From: a virus
DNA length: 64,000 nucleotides
IMG/VR virus record: IMGVR_UViG_3300026076_000001
Direction: 5' to 3' (one strand)
The translations under genes were made by a program, and so were the position numbers. Below the pieces are notes generated by a model. It had not been told where the DNA came from. It ran no database searches and was given only the letters and a program-made list of their open reading frames with translations. This document shows, piece by piece, positions 1-10,038 of the stretch; within the stretch, counting starts at the first letter, position 1; each line of letters starts with the position of its first letter.

Positions 1-332
1 TTGACAGTAGACGGACCTTTTGATGGCCCTTCTTCTTTGACTTCTTTAGTCTCTTTCTGTAACTTCATCAACTTGTCAGTTGTATCCGCTACGTTCTTAA
101 TCATCAAAGCTGCAACTTCATATGCTCTCGGATGATCCGATGATGCTGCAACATCAAGAATACCGTTAAGTGCTTCTTGACCTTTATCGATTAAATTATA
201 TAGCTGACCACGTGTATATTCGTAGTCTTGAGTGACATCTTCTTTTACTTCACGTTTAGGTTTTGCAATAACGTCTACCGTCTCCTCAGGGAGATTTAAG
301 ATGTCTTGCATATTATCATCTAGTTTACTCAT
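1..332 (-). CDS. gp16: Terminase small subunit (T4 gp16-like), 3' end truncated by the window edge
   Basis: Hand-translated from ATG at 332: MSKLDDNMQDILNLPEE...DYEYTRGQLYNLIDKGQEALNGILDVAASSDHPRAYEVAAL. This is the typical cyanophage gp16 signature. ATGA overlap with the gp15 stop. Not in the ORF track. Confidence 0.9.
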   Translation of the reverse strand, partial: MSKLDDNMQDILNLPEETVDVIAKPKREVKEDVTQDYEYTRGQLYNLIDKGQEALNGILDVAASSDHPRAYEVAALMIKNVADTTDKLMKLQKETKEVKEEGPSKGPSTV

Positions 333-1123
333 AACATTTCAAACCCTTCGTTGAAACCGAAGTTGTCATCTGGTTGTACAAGAGCATCATCTAATGCATC
401 GATGTTACCATCAGCATTCTTATCCTCCAGTGCCTTAGGAGTATAAGTGAGTCTTGTATCCTTACGTCTAGTAGTATCACCCAACGTACCAATTTCTGCA
501 ATAGACTTCTTGATAACACCAATATTGGTAACAGGACCATAGAGGTATGTCTTGACAGTAAACTGCATACGATACTCTAAGTAACGACGGTTAAGAAAAC
601 TACCGTCATAGGTATCAGTATAATCAACACTGTTGAGAACAACTGGACAATCCTTTATCTCATCCATATCAGGAATCATCTTGATAGGAAGGTTAAAGGA
701 TGGTTGAAAATAAGGTAAGATCTGTTCTAAGATACCAAGACCATCGTCTTGTGACTTAGCTAAGATACCTAATTCAAAACCTATATTGTAAGGTACTGGC
801 ATATACTGTGAACGTACGCCACCAGTAGCGTCGTCTGTCTTCTTATAGACAGAAACAGGACTAGTCTTTCTTTGAGGATCATAGGTATAACTATTCATCT
901 CAAAATATATTCGTGGCAAAGTGATTTGCACTTGCTTATTGATATCACTTAGATCTTCTAGTCTTGCGAGAAACTTATCTCTAGGACCATAAGCTAAGGG
1001 TACCTTTTCACGTACTTGCTCAACACCATTCTCATCAAAGTCACGTAGTTCGATATTATTAAAAATAGTACCGAATGCTATGACAGTTCTACGAATAGTA
1101 CCGTTATAAAAATACTGCAACAT
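329..1123 (-). CDS. gp15: Tail completion / sheath stabiliser (T4 gp15-like)
   Basis: YFYNGTIRRTVIAFGTIFNNI, KVPLAYGPRDKFL, LPRIYFEM and EQILPYFQPSF motifs; gp13-gp14-gp15-gp16 synteny. Confidence 0.92.
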   Translation of the reverse strand: MLQYFYNGTIRRTVIAFGTIFNNIELRDFDENGVEQVREKVPLAYGPRDKFLARLEDLSDINKQVQITLPRIYFEMNSYTYDPQRKTSPVSVYKKTDDATGGVRSQYMPVPYNIGFELGILAKSQDDGLGILEQILPYFQPSFNLPIKMIPDMDEIKDCPVVLNSVDYTDTYDGSFLNRRYLEYRMQFTVKTYLYGPVTNIGVIKKSIAEIGTLGDTTRRKDTRLTYTPKALEDKNADGNIDALDDALVQPDDNFGFNEGFEML

Positions 1124-1986
1124 TAGAAGCTACCTGTCTTATTTCCAATTTCGCCGAATGGATTCCTTTCAGAGAAGTCAAGAACATCATCTGCTTTGAA
1201 TTCAATAACAGCATTGTCATCATATTGAACACTCTCGACCGTAATCGTAGTGAACGACTGGATCTCTCCAGTACCATTTGGTCCTGTAACAGTTTCCCCT
1301 TCTTGGAAACCACCAGTAGGATAAACTACAACTAGTTTACCTGTAGCAGCATCAAAGGAAACTACAGTACCTGCACCACCACCGCTAGAAGTAAAGTCCT
1401 CACCCTCTGCAAATGTACCTGTGACATTAATCAAGGTAATTGGGAAGGTATATGCTTCACGTTCTAATTGATCGACTGCCGAATCACCAGTATCAAAGAT
1501 CGTGTTACCACGCTCCATAATCTCTGTAGTGATCGTGTAGAAATATACTTTGCCCAATTGGAAGAAAGGCATTTCTTTCTCTACGAATTTGATTTCATAG
1601 TTATCTCCTGTTAAAGGATAGTGTATGATATCTCCTTCATTAGGTCGATCTGGAAGAGATGGATTAGCAGCATCTACCTCTTCCCACCTATTAACTGAGA
1701 CAATAAATGTTGCCTCATCAGTGATCCTTAAACCGAACTTGGTTGCAAGCTCAGCACCAACACCACCGAATCCTTCTACGTTCTGTAGAAGCATTTCTAC
1801 TGTGTATATAGTTGTAAACTTTGATAAAGTGACATCATTCATCACTTGATCTTGAACCATTATACGAGGGATGTACTTGACATCACTACCAAATAGTTTA
1901 ATCTGTTCGTCAACTAGGTCTTGAATAAGACCTTGTTCACCAGTAGTACCGCCGTGTAAGGCAGGGAAGTAGGTGCTAGTAGGCAT
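1123..1986 (-). CDS. gp14: Neck protein (T4 gp14-like)
   Basis: EQGLIQDLVDEQIKLFG, RPNEGDIIHYPL, EIKFVEKEMPFFQLGK and FSERNPFG motifs; synteny. Confidence 0.92.
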   Translation of the reverse strand: MPTSTYFPALHGGTTGEQGLIQDLVDEQIKLFGSDVKYIPRIMVQDQVMNDVTLSKFTTIYTVEMLLQNVEGFGGVGAELATKFGLRITDEATFIVSVNRWEEVDAANPSLPDRPNEGDIIHYPLTGDNYEIKFVEKEMPFFQLGKVYFYTITTEIMERGNTIFDTGDSAVDQLEREAYTFPITLINVTGTFAEGEDFTSSGGGAGTVVSFDAATGKLVVVYPTGGFQEGETVTGPNGTGEIQSFTTITVESVQYDDNAVIEFKADDVLDFSERNPFGEIGNKTGSF

Positions 1987-2795
1987 TATCCAATAAGGTC
2001 AAGGGGTGGAATTGCATAAGTTGAAAGTATTTGACTTTCAATCTTTTCTAGCTCCAGAACTGCCTCCTGATATATCTTCTCTCCATTGAGAGTAATACCA
2101 CCAGGCAATTGAATGTTCTGATACTTAGTTAAGTTGATACCCCATTGCTTCTTAATAAGAGCAGTGAGATACTTTTTCATAAAGGGATCATTGTTCATAT
2201 CCGTATATGTTGTAGGATCTAATGCCCTATAACATTCAATGATAACGAACTCACCTGCTTTCATATCTTCAGCAGCAGTGTCAAGATAAAGTCTGTCTTG
2301 TCTCTGGTTAAATCTGAATTGAATGAACGTACCGTTATTCAAAACAAAATCAAGAGTCTCAAGATAACTCTTGGTCATATAGTAGTTAAGTATATCAACT
2401 GCACCAAAATGATATAAGTCATTCAGGAAGATCTGATATTCTATACCAAATAAATTACCTCTTATACCACTAGACTTGATACCAAATATACGACTAATAC
2501 CATATATGTGTTCAGGAACTAGGATATAATTATCTCTCTCTGTCCACTCAGTTGTACTACCAGCTACCGTAGTAGTCTGGTTCTGAGATGCAAAGCGTGT
2601 AACATCGTCAGCAGTAACCTCGTGCTTAAGAAGCATCTTCTCAGCACCGTTATAAGTCCATTCAGAGAACTTCTGGAAAGCATCATCCGTCAGATCATCG
2701 ATCTGTTCCTGAGCTACGTTAATTTGCAGTACAGGTTCCCCCAACTGCCTCTTACAGTATGCTTGTAATTCTGCTCTCGTACTAGGTTTTGCCAT
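1986..2795 (-). CDS. gp13: Neck protein (T4 gp13-like)
   Basis: YCKRQLGEPVLQINVA, FNQRQDRLYLD and KKQWGINLTKY..IQLPGGITLNG motifs; synteny. Confidence 0.92.
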   Translation of the reverse strand: MAKPSTRAELQAYCKRQLGEPVLQINVAQEQIDDLTDDAFQKFSEWTYNGAEKMLLKHEVTADDVTRFASQNQTTTVAGSTTEWTERDNYILVPEHIYGISRIFGIKSSGIRGNLFGIEYQIFLNDLYHFGAVDILNYYMTKSYLETLDFVLNNGTFIQFRFNQRQDRLYLDTAAEDMKAGEFVIIECYRALDPTTYTDMNNDPFMKKYLTALIKKQWGINLTKYQNIQLPGGITLNGEKIYQEAVLELEKIESQILSTYAIPPLDLIG

Positions 2796-2818
2796 TACAC
2801 AATATTACCCTTCTCCTA

Positions 2819-2825
2819 TATTTAG
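2819..2825 (-). promoter_or_regulatory. Late promoter variant CTAAATA upstream of gp13
   Basis: Plus strand tatttag; followed on the minus strand by SD-like TAGGAG. Confidence 0.6.
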
Positions 2826-2858
2826 ACAGAAAGGAATATGTGTAATGGAGATTGTATA

Positions 2859-3083
2859 TTAGCTTTCGTTGAGGAGTTCACGCTCTGGTGCTTCTTCCTC
2901 AGTTGCAACTACAGGAGCAGACTGGTCTTGGAGAATGTTTAGACCTTCAACAGCACCTTGAAGTTTTAGATATCTTTCTTTAGCTGTGTTAAGCTTTTGC
3001 TCGTACTCAGAGATCTCTTTCATAAGATCTTTCATCTGAGTCGAAAAGTTTAGAATTAATTCTTCGGTATTCATTTTAGCCAT
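2859..3083 (-). CDS. Small coiled-coil hypothetical protein
   Basis: 74-aa ORF with heptad-like helix (ISEYEQKLNTAKERYLKLQGAVEGL) and its own late promoter. Confidence 0.7.
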   Translation of the reverse strand: MAKMNTEELILNFSTQMKDLMKEISEYEQKLNTAKERYLKLQGAVEGLNILQDQSAPVVATEEEAPERELLNES

Positions 3084-3093
3084 AGCTGAAAAT

Positions 3094-3118
3094 AAAAAGG
3101 AGGGTTATATAACCCTCC
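3094..3118 (-). terminator. Rho-independent terminator-like hairpin (perfect 20-bp palindrome)
   Basis: GGAGGGTTATATAACCCTCC at 3099-3118, followed by a T-run on the minus strand. Confidence 0.7.
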
Positions 3119-3130
3119 AATTATATGCGA

Positions 3131-3137
3131 TATTTAT
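3131..3137 (-). promoter_or_regulatory. Late promoter ATAAATA
   Basis: Plus strand tatttat just downstream of the stop of the 1794-aa gene. Confidence 0.55.
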
Positions 3138-3150
3138 CAGAGTGTCAAGA

Positions 3151-6100
3151 TTATGCCTGAGACTCACTCCAAGAAATACGTCCTGTTACGGTGAATGGGT
3201 TAGAGTTGCTAACACCCGTCAAGTCAACAGGTTCTGCGGTAACAGTTAGGAGGTCAGGTCCGTTCGGGAAGATTCCGTCACCACCAAGTATGGAGTTACC
3301 CATCTCAATGATCGAACTAATGTCGTAGGACGTAGCACCAGTTAGTCGGTTACCACTGTTGTCTATACCACCACCAGCAGCACGGAAGGAGAAGATCTCA
3401 AGTCCACCAGCGTAGGTGTCATCATTCGTGTGCTTAATCAACTGAGACAGTGACGGAGGTGCCACGTCTAAGTATGAGTCAGTACTTAGTGATGGGTTTA
3501 GAATTAGTTTTACTTCGCACTCGTGTGTGTTAACAACGTCGAGAGAGTTGAGCTGCAACTGCATTCGGTTGATAATTTCACGTTCACCCAAGTTACCAGA
3601 TAGAGACGAGTCAACAGAAGGTGACAGTCTAATTGATACAAGAGGTATCTGCGAAGGAACGGTGTTGTCAGTACCAGCGACAGCACCAACACTCATTGTT
3701 GTGCTTGAAGGAACTGCGGGGTTACCTAGAGCACCGTTAATGATGTTATAACCTTGGTTCCACTGGAAGGTTGTGTTACCGTTAGCGTCAACGTATAAGA
3801 AGTCAACTTCTAAGTTACCACCTGAGGATCTAGATCTGTAGATAGAACGTCCATCCACGAACCAACCATTAGCAACGGAACTATTATAAACCGTAGTACC
3901 CTGTGTTAGGACACTTGCTTGGTTTGTATTGAAGAATAGTCGTACATAGAATCTTTGGTTTCTAGACCAACCCTCACCCAAGTCATACTGTCTCTTAACT
4001 TGAGAGTTCTGTTGTGTTTGAGAACTCTGTGACACTTCGTTGGTAAACTTAAGCAAGTTACCAGACGCTGTGAAGAGGTATGCTTTGTCAGAGTCGAATC
4101 GACCATCTGTGATAACAGAAGTACCCCAGTGGAATAGACTTGGGATGTAAGTCGGAATTCCAGTGTTGTGAATCTCGTAACGAGCAGGTAGGTTACCTGA
4201 TCTGAAGTATGCTTCTGTCAAGCGGTTGTTGTGCTTGAACTCGTGGATGTACTTAACGTGTCCGTTCTGATCCTTAAATCCGAAGCGAATCTTACCAGCA
4301 CCATACCAAGAGTAATCCATATACGCCATCTGGATCTTAGTGATGTCTAGAATGAATCCAGACTTACCTGATCCATCACATCTATCGATGTTCCACTCAC
4401 CCTGAGGAATCTTAGTATCGATTGTCTTAGTTAGAATGATGTTTGCAGCAGTAATACCTTTGTACTGTGGCTGAATGATAACTGATTCATTGTTAACAAC
4501 ACGAATCACCTTATGTGACTGTCCACGAATAACAATGTATTCTCCATTACTTAACTGTGATAGGAATGAAGTATCAGAACCTGTTACAACGTTAGAACCA
4601 CGTGTTACAGATACACGACCTGTTAACTGAGTTGTGGAACTACGGCGAACGGCGTTCAGAACGTTACCATCATACTCGAAGAACATACCATTCTGGAAGT
4701 CAAACATACCAGCACGTACATTGGAGTTAGACCAAGTTAATACGTGGTACCCTGTAAATCCACCAGCAGCAGATGAAGTAGGTGCCTGATCTATGTTATA
4801 ACTGAACGTGAATGCGTTGTAAACGTAATCAACTGGATATGCTCCATTGTAGCTAGCATCAGTTGCATCAACGAACTCACATTGTGTACCAACCTCAAGG
4901 TTATGAGGAAGCTTAGTCTGAACCACAATACGATGCATAACAACACCATCAACATATGGTGAGTACCACGCACGTATAGAAGGATTCTTCGGTGCGAAGT
5001 TGATAGCGAGTGATACCTGTATACCTTTACCTGACTGGTAACGGAAGTATCTACGTGTCTGTCTGACAATCTGTCCATCAGGTGACTTACTGGTTCCAAT
5101 ATCCATACCACCGTCAAACGGTCTGTGTAGGAAGTATCCATCTGGACGTACGTAAATCGCAGTGTCGATGAAGTACTCAGTGTTACCAGCAGAGTTGTTA
5201 CCACCTGTTGTAAAGGTTGCTGCATCAGCCATTAGGAGTTCAGTGTCATCCTTAATAGCAGAAATGGTTGTCTCTACAATTGTAAATGTAGTAGCAGAAT
5301 CGTTGTTGACGTATCTGAATGTGTCACCAACCTTGAAGTAACGTGTGAAGGTAGTATCAGTACCAGTAGCAACACGTGAACCAGTTGTAACTGCGATATT
5401 ACCATTACCAACAACCTGTCCATCCATATTGGTGTGGATCAGTTTCTGTAGTGGTGTCTGTGAACCACCAGTTGTTAGGGTAACGTTAGTACCAGCCACA
5501 GCAAGTGCAGTTGATTCTGCCAACTTAATATGGTCTTGGTCAACAACAATAACGAAGTAGTCTCTGTTATCTGTCAATCCACCAATGGTTGTACCACCAG
5601 CATCTTGATAGATTACACGTTGACCAGTTCTCATAAAGTGATCTTCAATTTGGAGAGTATGGTTTGTCGTGTCAACAATACCACCTGATCCAGTGTCTCT
5701 TGCATCGAACGTCTTAGTTGTTGGGACGATCTGGAATGGGACATCAACAACGAGTTGAGTCTCACCCTTGACTTCAGATACGTTGTAAGCACCGTCAGTC
5801 GCACCAAAAGCAGCAGTCTGGTTCTCGAAGACCTGAGTACCAGATCCAGCTGATGTGAGGTCGTTCTCACCGCCTGGGTATGTGAACGAACTTGAAGTGC
5901 CCAATGCGAATCTATCGTTCGTCGCAACTTTAACATAGTACTGAGTATTAGGTGTAAGGTTACCAATTGAAGTTCCAGCAGTTGTGTAGAACAAACGTTC
6001 TCCGTTGGAAAGGTTATGGTTTTGATAGTATATACTATTCCTCATTGGGTTAGCAAATATACCAGTCATACCATAGGTACCAATAGCATCAATTAGTCTG

Positions 6101-8535
6101 TAAGGTGAAGTCCAAGTTTGCTCTTTGATTCTAAATCTATTGTCATCAACCTTCTCAGCATATACTGTAGCTGGAAGTGAAAGTGTTGTGATATCGTTGT
6201 CACCATTATAGTAACGTGGATCATTACCAGCAGTCTTAGTAATAACGATCTGGTCGTTAGTTACAGCACCGTGGTTCTCAACGTAGAAGGTATCGTCATC
6301 ATTTGAACGATCCTGTACAAGCATAATATATGCGTTACCATAGTAGTCATTACCGTGGTTCCAAACCCAAGATCCGTGAGGTTGACGATAAGCATTCCAC
6401 CAGGAATATCCATACCTGAAGTGATATCCGTAGTCGTTACCATTCAATGAGTAGTTGTAACGATACCTATTAGATCTGTAGTTGTTTCTATCATACAGTG
6501 GGTTGAAGTCACCGTTAGTTAGTGTAGTAGGGCTTTCAGGTAGATAGTCATCATAGTTCCAACCAGGACTCCATCCCCAAACTGCGTTACCACCGTGGTA
6601 CCAAGCAAGGTTGAATCTTCCGTCATAGTTAGAGTTGTTAAGATCACCATTACCATTATATTGACGACGGTTCATCGTCAAGAAATAAGTTCTGTTCCAG
6701 TTGGAGTTAGAAATACCTCTGTTATCTGAGATGTCGTTGAAGTCACGACCAGAGTTAGTTGAACCCCAGTTCCAAGATGCCCATCTGTATCTCCAGTACC
6801 AGTTCCACCAAGGCTTCTCATCTGAAACGTATCTGTGGACTAGAGCAAAGTTGTGCTTACCGTAGTTGTAAGTAGCTTGTGTACCCTGTAGTGATCCACC
6901 ATCATTTCTTAGGTTAATGATACCGTGCTGTCCTGGGTTACCACCATTAGATGCTTCAAAGTAAGCATTAGATAGTTTAATAACAGCAGTACCACCATTA
7001 GCAGATGATGTAGATTCTACACGTGCGTGATAAACACCATTACGTTGTAGGTTCTCAATACAGTAGTCACCTGGGTTAGGATAGTAAAGTAAGCAATATC
7101 TAGAACGGAAATAGTTAGCATTAGTACCAGTTAAGGTAACTGTCTTACTTGTATAGTCAACGTCACCATCATTAACTGTCCATAATCCAGTTGGTTTATG
7201 ATCCCAAGGCTGGAACTGAGCCATATCAGGTGTGATGGTTGTTGATATGTTATCCTCGTAGTCAACTACGGGTCTACCATCAGCAGCAGTTGCTGTTGTA
7301 TTAGCAACTGATAGAATTTTAGGAGAAATGGTATTAACAAAGTACAATGCAGTACCGTCAGCAAAACCATTCTCATATTCAGTTGAAAGAACAACCTTAG
7401 AGGTTGTTGCAGGGCTGAATGAAGCTTCAAATCCAACACCAGTATTACCAGCCTGTGCATCATATGCATACAGAGTGGCAGGAGTATTAGCGGTTACGTA
7501 AATACGAACATAAGCACCAGCAGTACCTTCTGTTCCATTTACATATACACCATCAGTATAAGCAACACCACCACCGTGGATACCATCAGCAGTTGTACTG
7601 AATCTGAATGGGTGACCAATATTGGTAGCATCATCTAACTTAAAGATGTACATACCGTTTTTGTTAACGGTAAATATATTGTTTCCTTGAGGAGTTCCAT
7701 CAATACCGAAGTAGTTCTGACCACCAACGTTAACGACATTAATAGCATACTCAAATGTGTCAGCAAGAATACCTTTGTCGTTTTGAAGACTAATGGCAGA
7801 GCCTTCATAGAACAAACCAGGAATAATACTGGTATATGAACCAGCAATATTAGCACTAATTGCTTGAGTAGCACGTGCCTTATATGTAAAGGTAGTTGCA
7901 CTAGGTACAGACTGAATTAGGTATGAACCTTCAGCAGTTGTAGATGCAAGACCAGATACAACAATAGGAATACCAGATGTAAGACTGTGCTCGTATAGAG
8001 TTGTTACAGTTACAATGTCTGACAATGCAGTGACTTCAACAGTCTCAATAAACGGAATTGTTGTGTCAGATGTAGCAGAGTAAGTAGAAGGGATGTTGTT
8101 AACCAACTGTAGAGTTTCCCACTTAGTTGCCTGTGGCCCGTACTCAAAGTCGGTGTCAATCATCGTTTCAGGGTTTGAAACTCTGAGTTTTGATACTGGG
8201 TCAACCAGTGTCTCAGACGGTTCAAACTCTGCTGATTCTGACTCTACGAATATTTGCAGCTGATCCGTAGCTGCCATCGTACTAGTATCAGCTTGCAGAC
8301 TGATAACAGTTTGTTCAAAGTCTTTGTCGTAATCGCATCCAGTGTCATTAGCAGATGGAGGATTAAAACCTTTTGTAGGATCTGAGAAGTTGTATAGAAT
8401 CTCGTTATCTGTAACGTTCGTAATCAGAAGGATCCTCTCTCCTGATATGTTATCCTTAATAGAAACTGTACCACCCGTTAAAGTATTTGGATCATACGGT
8501 ACGAAGGTATAGTCACTGATTAGTTTCTTTGCCAT
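3151..8535 (-). CDS. Large virion structural / fibre-associated protein (1794 aa)
   Basis: Beta-rich T/G/S/N composition. KLRVSNPETMIDTDFEYG N-terminus, VRQTRRYFRYQSGKG, FDFQNGMFFEYDG and HWGTSVITDG blocks, HxLxxGxxxxY repeats. Lies within the late module. Confidence 0.75.
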   Translation of the reverse strand: MAKKLISDYTFVPYDPNTLTGGTVSIKDNISGERILLITNVTDNEILYNFSDPTKGFNPPSANDTGCDYDKDFEQTVISLQADTSTMAATDQLQIFVESESAEFEPSETLVDPVSKLRVSNPETMIDTDFEYGPQATKWETLQLVNNIPSTYSATSDTTIPFIETVEVTALSDIVTVTTLYEHSLTSGIPIVVSGLASTTAEGSYLIQSVPSATTFTYKARATQAISANIAGSYTSIIPGLFYEGSAISLQNDKGILADTFEYAINVVNVGGQNYFGIDGTPQGNNIFTVNKNGMYIFKLDDATNIGHPFRFSTTADGIHGGGVAYTDGVYVNGTEGTAGAYVRIYVTANTPATLYAYDAQAGNTGVGFEASFSPATTSKVVLSTEYENGFADGTALYFVNTISPKILSVANTTATAADGRPVVDYEDNISTTITPDMAQFQPWDHKPTGLWTVNDGDVDYTSKTVTLTGTNANYFRSRYCLLYYPNPGDYCIENLQRNGVYHARVESTSSANGGTAVIKLSNAYFEASNGGNPGQHGIINLRNDGGSLQGTQATYNYGKHNFALVHRYVSDEKPWWNWYWRYRWASWNWGSTNSGRDFNDISDNRGISNSNWNRTYFLTMNRRQYNGNGDLNNSNYDGRFNLAWYHGGNAVWGWSPGWNYDDYLPESPTTLTNGDFNPLYDRNNYRSNRYRYNYSLNGNDYGYHFRYGYSWWNAYRQPHGSWVWNHGNDYYGNAYIMLVQDRSNDDDTFYVENHGAVTNDQIVITKTAGNDPRYYNGDNDITTLSLPATVYAEKVDDNRFRIKEQTWTSPYRLIDAIGTYGMTGIFANPMRNSIYYQNHNLSNGERLFYTTAGTSIGNLTPNTQYYVKVATNDRFALGTSSSFTYPGGENDLTSAGSGTQVFENQTAAFGATDGAYNVSEVKGETQLVVDVPFQIVPTTKTFDARDTGSGGIVDTTNHTLQIEDHFMRTGQRVIYQDAGGTTIGGLTDNRDYFVIVVDQDHIKLAESTALAVAGTNVTLTTGGSQTPLQKLIHTNMDGQVVGNGNIAVTTGSRVATGTDTTFTRYFKVGDTFRYVNNDSATTFTIVETTISAIKDDTELLMADAATFTTGGNNSAGNTEYFIDTAIYVRPDGYFLHRPFDGGMDIGTSKSPDGQIVRQTRRYFRYQSGKGIQVSLAINFAPKNPSIRAWYSPYVDGVVMHRIVVQTKLPHNLEVGTQCEFVDATDASYNGAYPVDYVYNAFTFSYNIDQAPTSSAAGGFTGYHVLTWSNSNVRAGMFDFQNGMFFEYDGNVLNAVRRSSTTQLTGRVSVTRGSNVVTGSDTSFLSQLSNGEYIVIRGQSHKVIRVVNNESVIIQPQYKGITAANIILTKTIDTKIPQGEWNIDRCDGSGKSGFILDITKIQMAYMDYSWYGAGKIRFGFKDQNGHVKYIHEFKHNNRLTEAYFRSGNLPARYEIHNTGIPTYIPSLFHWGTSVITDGRFDSDKAYLFTASGNLLKFTNEVSQSSQTQQNSQVKRQYDLGEGWSRNQRFYVRLFFNTNQASVLTQGTTVYNSSVANGWFVDGRSIYRSRSSGGNLEVDFLYVDANGNTTFQWNQGYNIINGALGNPAVPSSTTMSVGAVAGTDNTVPSQIPLVSIRLSPSVDSSLSGNLGEREIINRMQLQLNSLDVVNTHECEVKLILNPSLSTDSYLDVAPPSLSQLIKHTNDDTYAGGLEIFSFRAAGGGIDNSGNRLTGATSYDISSIIEMGNSILGGDGIFPNGPDLLTVTAEPVDLTGVSNSNPFTVTGRISWSESQA

Positions 8536-8582
8536 TGGTAGTCCCTTGGTTTATCTTGTGACAATTAAATAATAAAAAATCC

Positions 8583-8810
8583 TCAACCGCCTAAGGCAAT
8601 TGAGAGTGCAGCAATCTTGGATGTGATGCCCACACCACCGATTTTGAGGGTCTTGTTAGTACCTGTCAAGTTTAGGTCGCCACCAACGTCGATGTCTCCA
8701 ATAACGTTTCCAGTTGCGACATTTCTAAGGTTTCTTGATCCATCAAGTACTTCTGTGCCAGCCACGGACAAGCCGTTCTTGGCATTAAAATTGATATTTG
8801 ACGTTGCCAT
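8583..8810 (-). CDS. Small fibre-associated protein ending in an ALSIALG motif
   Basis: 75 aa; C-terminal KIAALSIALGG resembles ATALAIALG of 13434..14087; TATAAATA upstream. Confidence 0.6.
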   Translation of the reverse strand: MATSNINFNAKNGLSVAGTEVLDGSRNLRNVATGNVIGDIDVGGDLNLTGTNKTLKIGGVGITSKIAALSIALGG

Positions 8811-8857
8811 CGTGGTTCCCTGTCCCCCCGATAATCGGAATATAGGTTTTCTTCAGT

Positions 8858-8865
8858 TATTTATA
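8858..8865 (-). promoter_or_regulatory. T4-type late promoter TATAAATA
   Basis: Plus strand tatttata in the intergenic position. Confidence 0.75.
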
Positions 8866-8868
8866 CAA

Positions 8869-10035
8869 TTAGACATTCATTGTCGTTCTTGTGAACTGAA
8901 TAAAGGTTCCTATCGTGGCAGTTGTACTTAATTCTAGATTGACACCATTAATTGCAGCACTAAATGTGGCTACTGCAACTCCTGGATTTGAATGTACATC
9001 TCCGTACATCACCACGAATGCATCAGTTCCATCGTGAGTTAGAATTACTTCACTAGTAGATACGTGTCCACCGTGTGAAGCATATACTGTATATTTGGCA
9101 CCACGTACATTTGCAACGATCAATGAATCGAATACTTCTGTAGCAGATGTAGTAGTCATTGTACCAGCACTAATACCAGTTTTATCTGTGATATTAATAT
9201 GGTCTGTATTATTTGTTGTACCTATCTTGACAACTGAAGAACAAGAAATATCTCCTGTAACAGTAAGAGTTAATGGAATATGAGTATCGTAGTTAGACCA
9301 AATAGATGATCCTCTTATCTCCAATGCTGGTGTTGCTTGGCTACTGATATGGAAACTAATATTTTGGTTAGTTGTAGTAATCTCAGTGAAATTACCATTC
9401 TCTTTGAAAGCAAGAGTATTATTGAATAGTGGATGTGTATTGTTTAATTGTATAGATCCCAGAAGAGTTGCGTTATCTGGTTTAATAGTAAGGAACTGAT
9501 CTCCACCTTGGATCCTAGCCTTATTAGCAGTAACACCAAATGCAACTTCTTTAGCGTTATCTAACTGGATATCACCAGCAGATATGTGTAAACGTGAAGT
9601 TGGGTTTGCAGTTCCCAATCCTACACGGTGATTTATTTTATCAACTACAAGTGTTGTACTGTCTAGGTTAACATCACCATTAACCTCAAGTCCACCCATA
9701 GTAAATGTAGCACCTTGATTTAATTTGATAGCACTAACAGTACCATCAGAAGGTTCACCTACATCTATAGTATCTCCAATAACCAATCCAAAGAAATCGA
9801 TTCCTGGGTTTGGAGGATCAGAGAATGTTAATTGATCGTTATTAATTTGATAAGCAACGTTTGCTTCTTGCAGAACACCACCAAGTGATATAAACAACTG
9901 CAAAGGAGCACCAGGATATATTACCTGACCACCTACTCTCAGGTTAAATGTGGTATTAACTCCATTAAACTGAGAAGCTACGTCATCCAGTTTACGGATG
10001 TTACCTATTTTTGGTGTAACGCCTAAATACGCCAT
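8869..10035 (-). CDS. Tail fibre / baseplate-associated structural protein
   Basis: N-terminal MAYLG...LDDVASQFNGVNTTFNL module shared with 11416..12783; C-terminal RGAKY...SEVILTHDG module shared with 14118..15659. Confidence 0.7.
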   Translation of the reverse strand: MAYLGVTPKIGNIRKLDDVASQFNGVNTTFNLRVGGQVIYPGAPLQLFISLGGVLQEANVAYQINNDQLTFSDPPNPGIDFFGLVIGDTIDVGEPSDGTVSAIKLNQGATFTMGGLEVNGDVNLDSTTLVVDKINHRVGLGTANPTSRLHISAGDIQLDNAKEVAFGVTANKARIQGGDQFLTIKPDNATLLGSIQLNNTHPLFNNTLAFKENGNFTEITTTNQNISFHISSQATPALEIRGSSIWSNYDTHIPLTLTVTGDISCSSVVKIGTTNNTDHINITDKTGISAGTMTTTSATEVFDSLIVANVRGAKYTVYASHGGHVSTSEVILTHDGTDAFVVMYGDVHSNPGVAVATFSAAINGVNLELSTTATIGTFIQFTRTTMNV

Positions 10036-10038
10036 TTC

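Noticed and set aside
4791-5225. 144-aa same-strand alternative-frame ORF inside the 1794-aa gene, and similar ones in gp7 and the VrlC-like gene
   Set aside because: Leu/Val-rich off-frame reading caused by codon bias; no SD, slippery site or motif seen.
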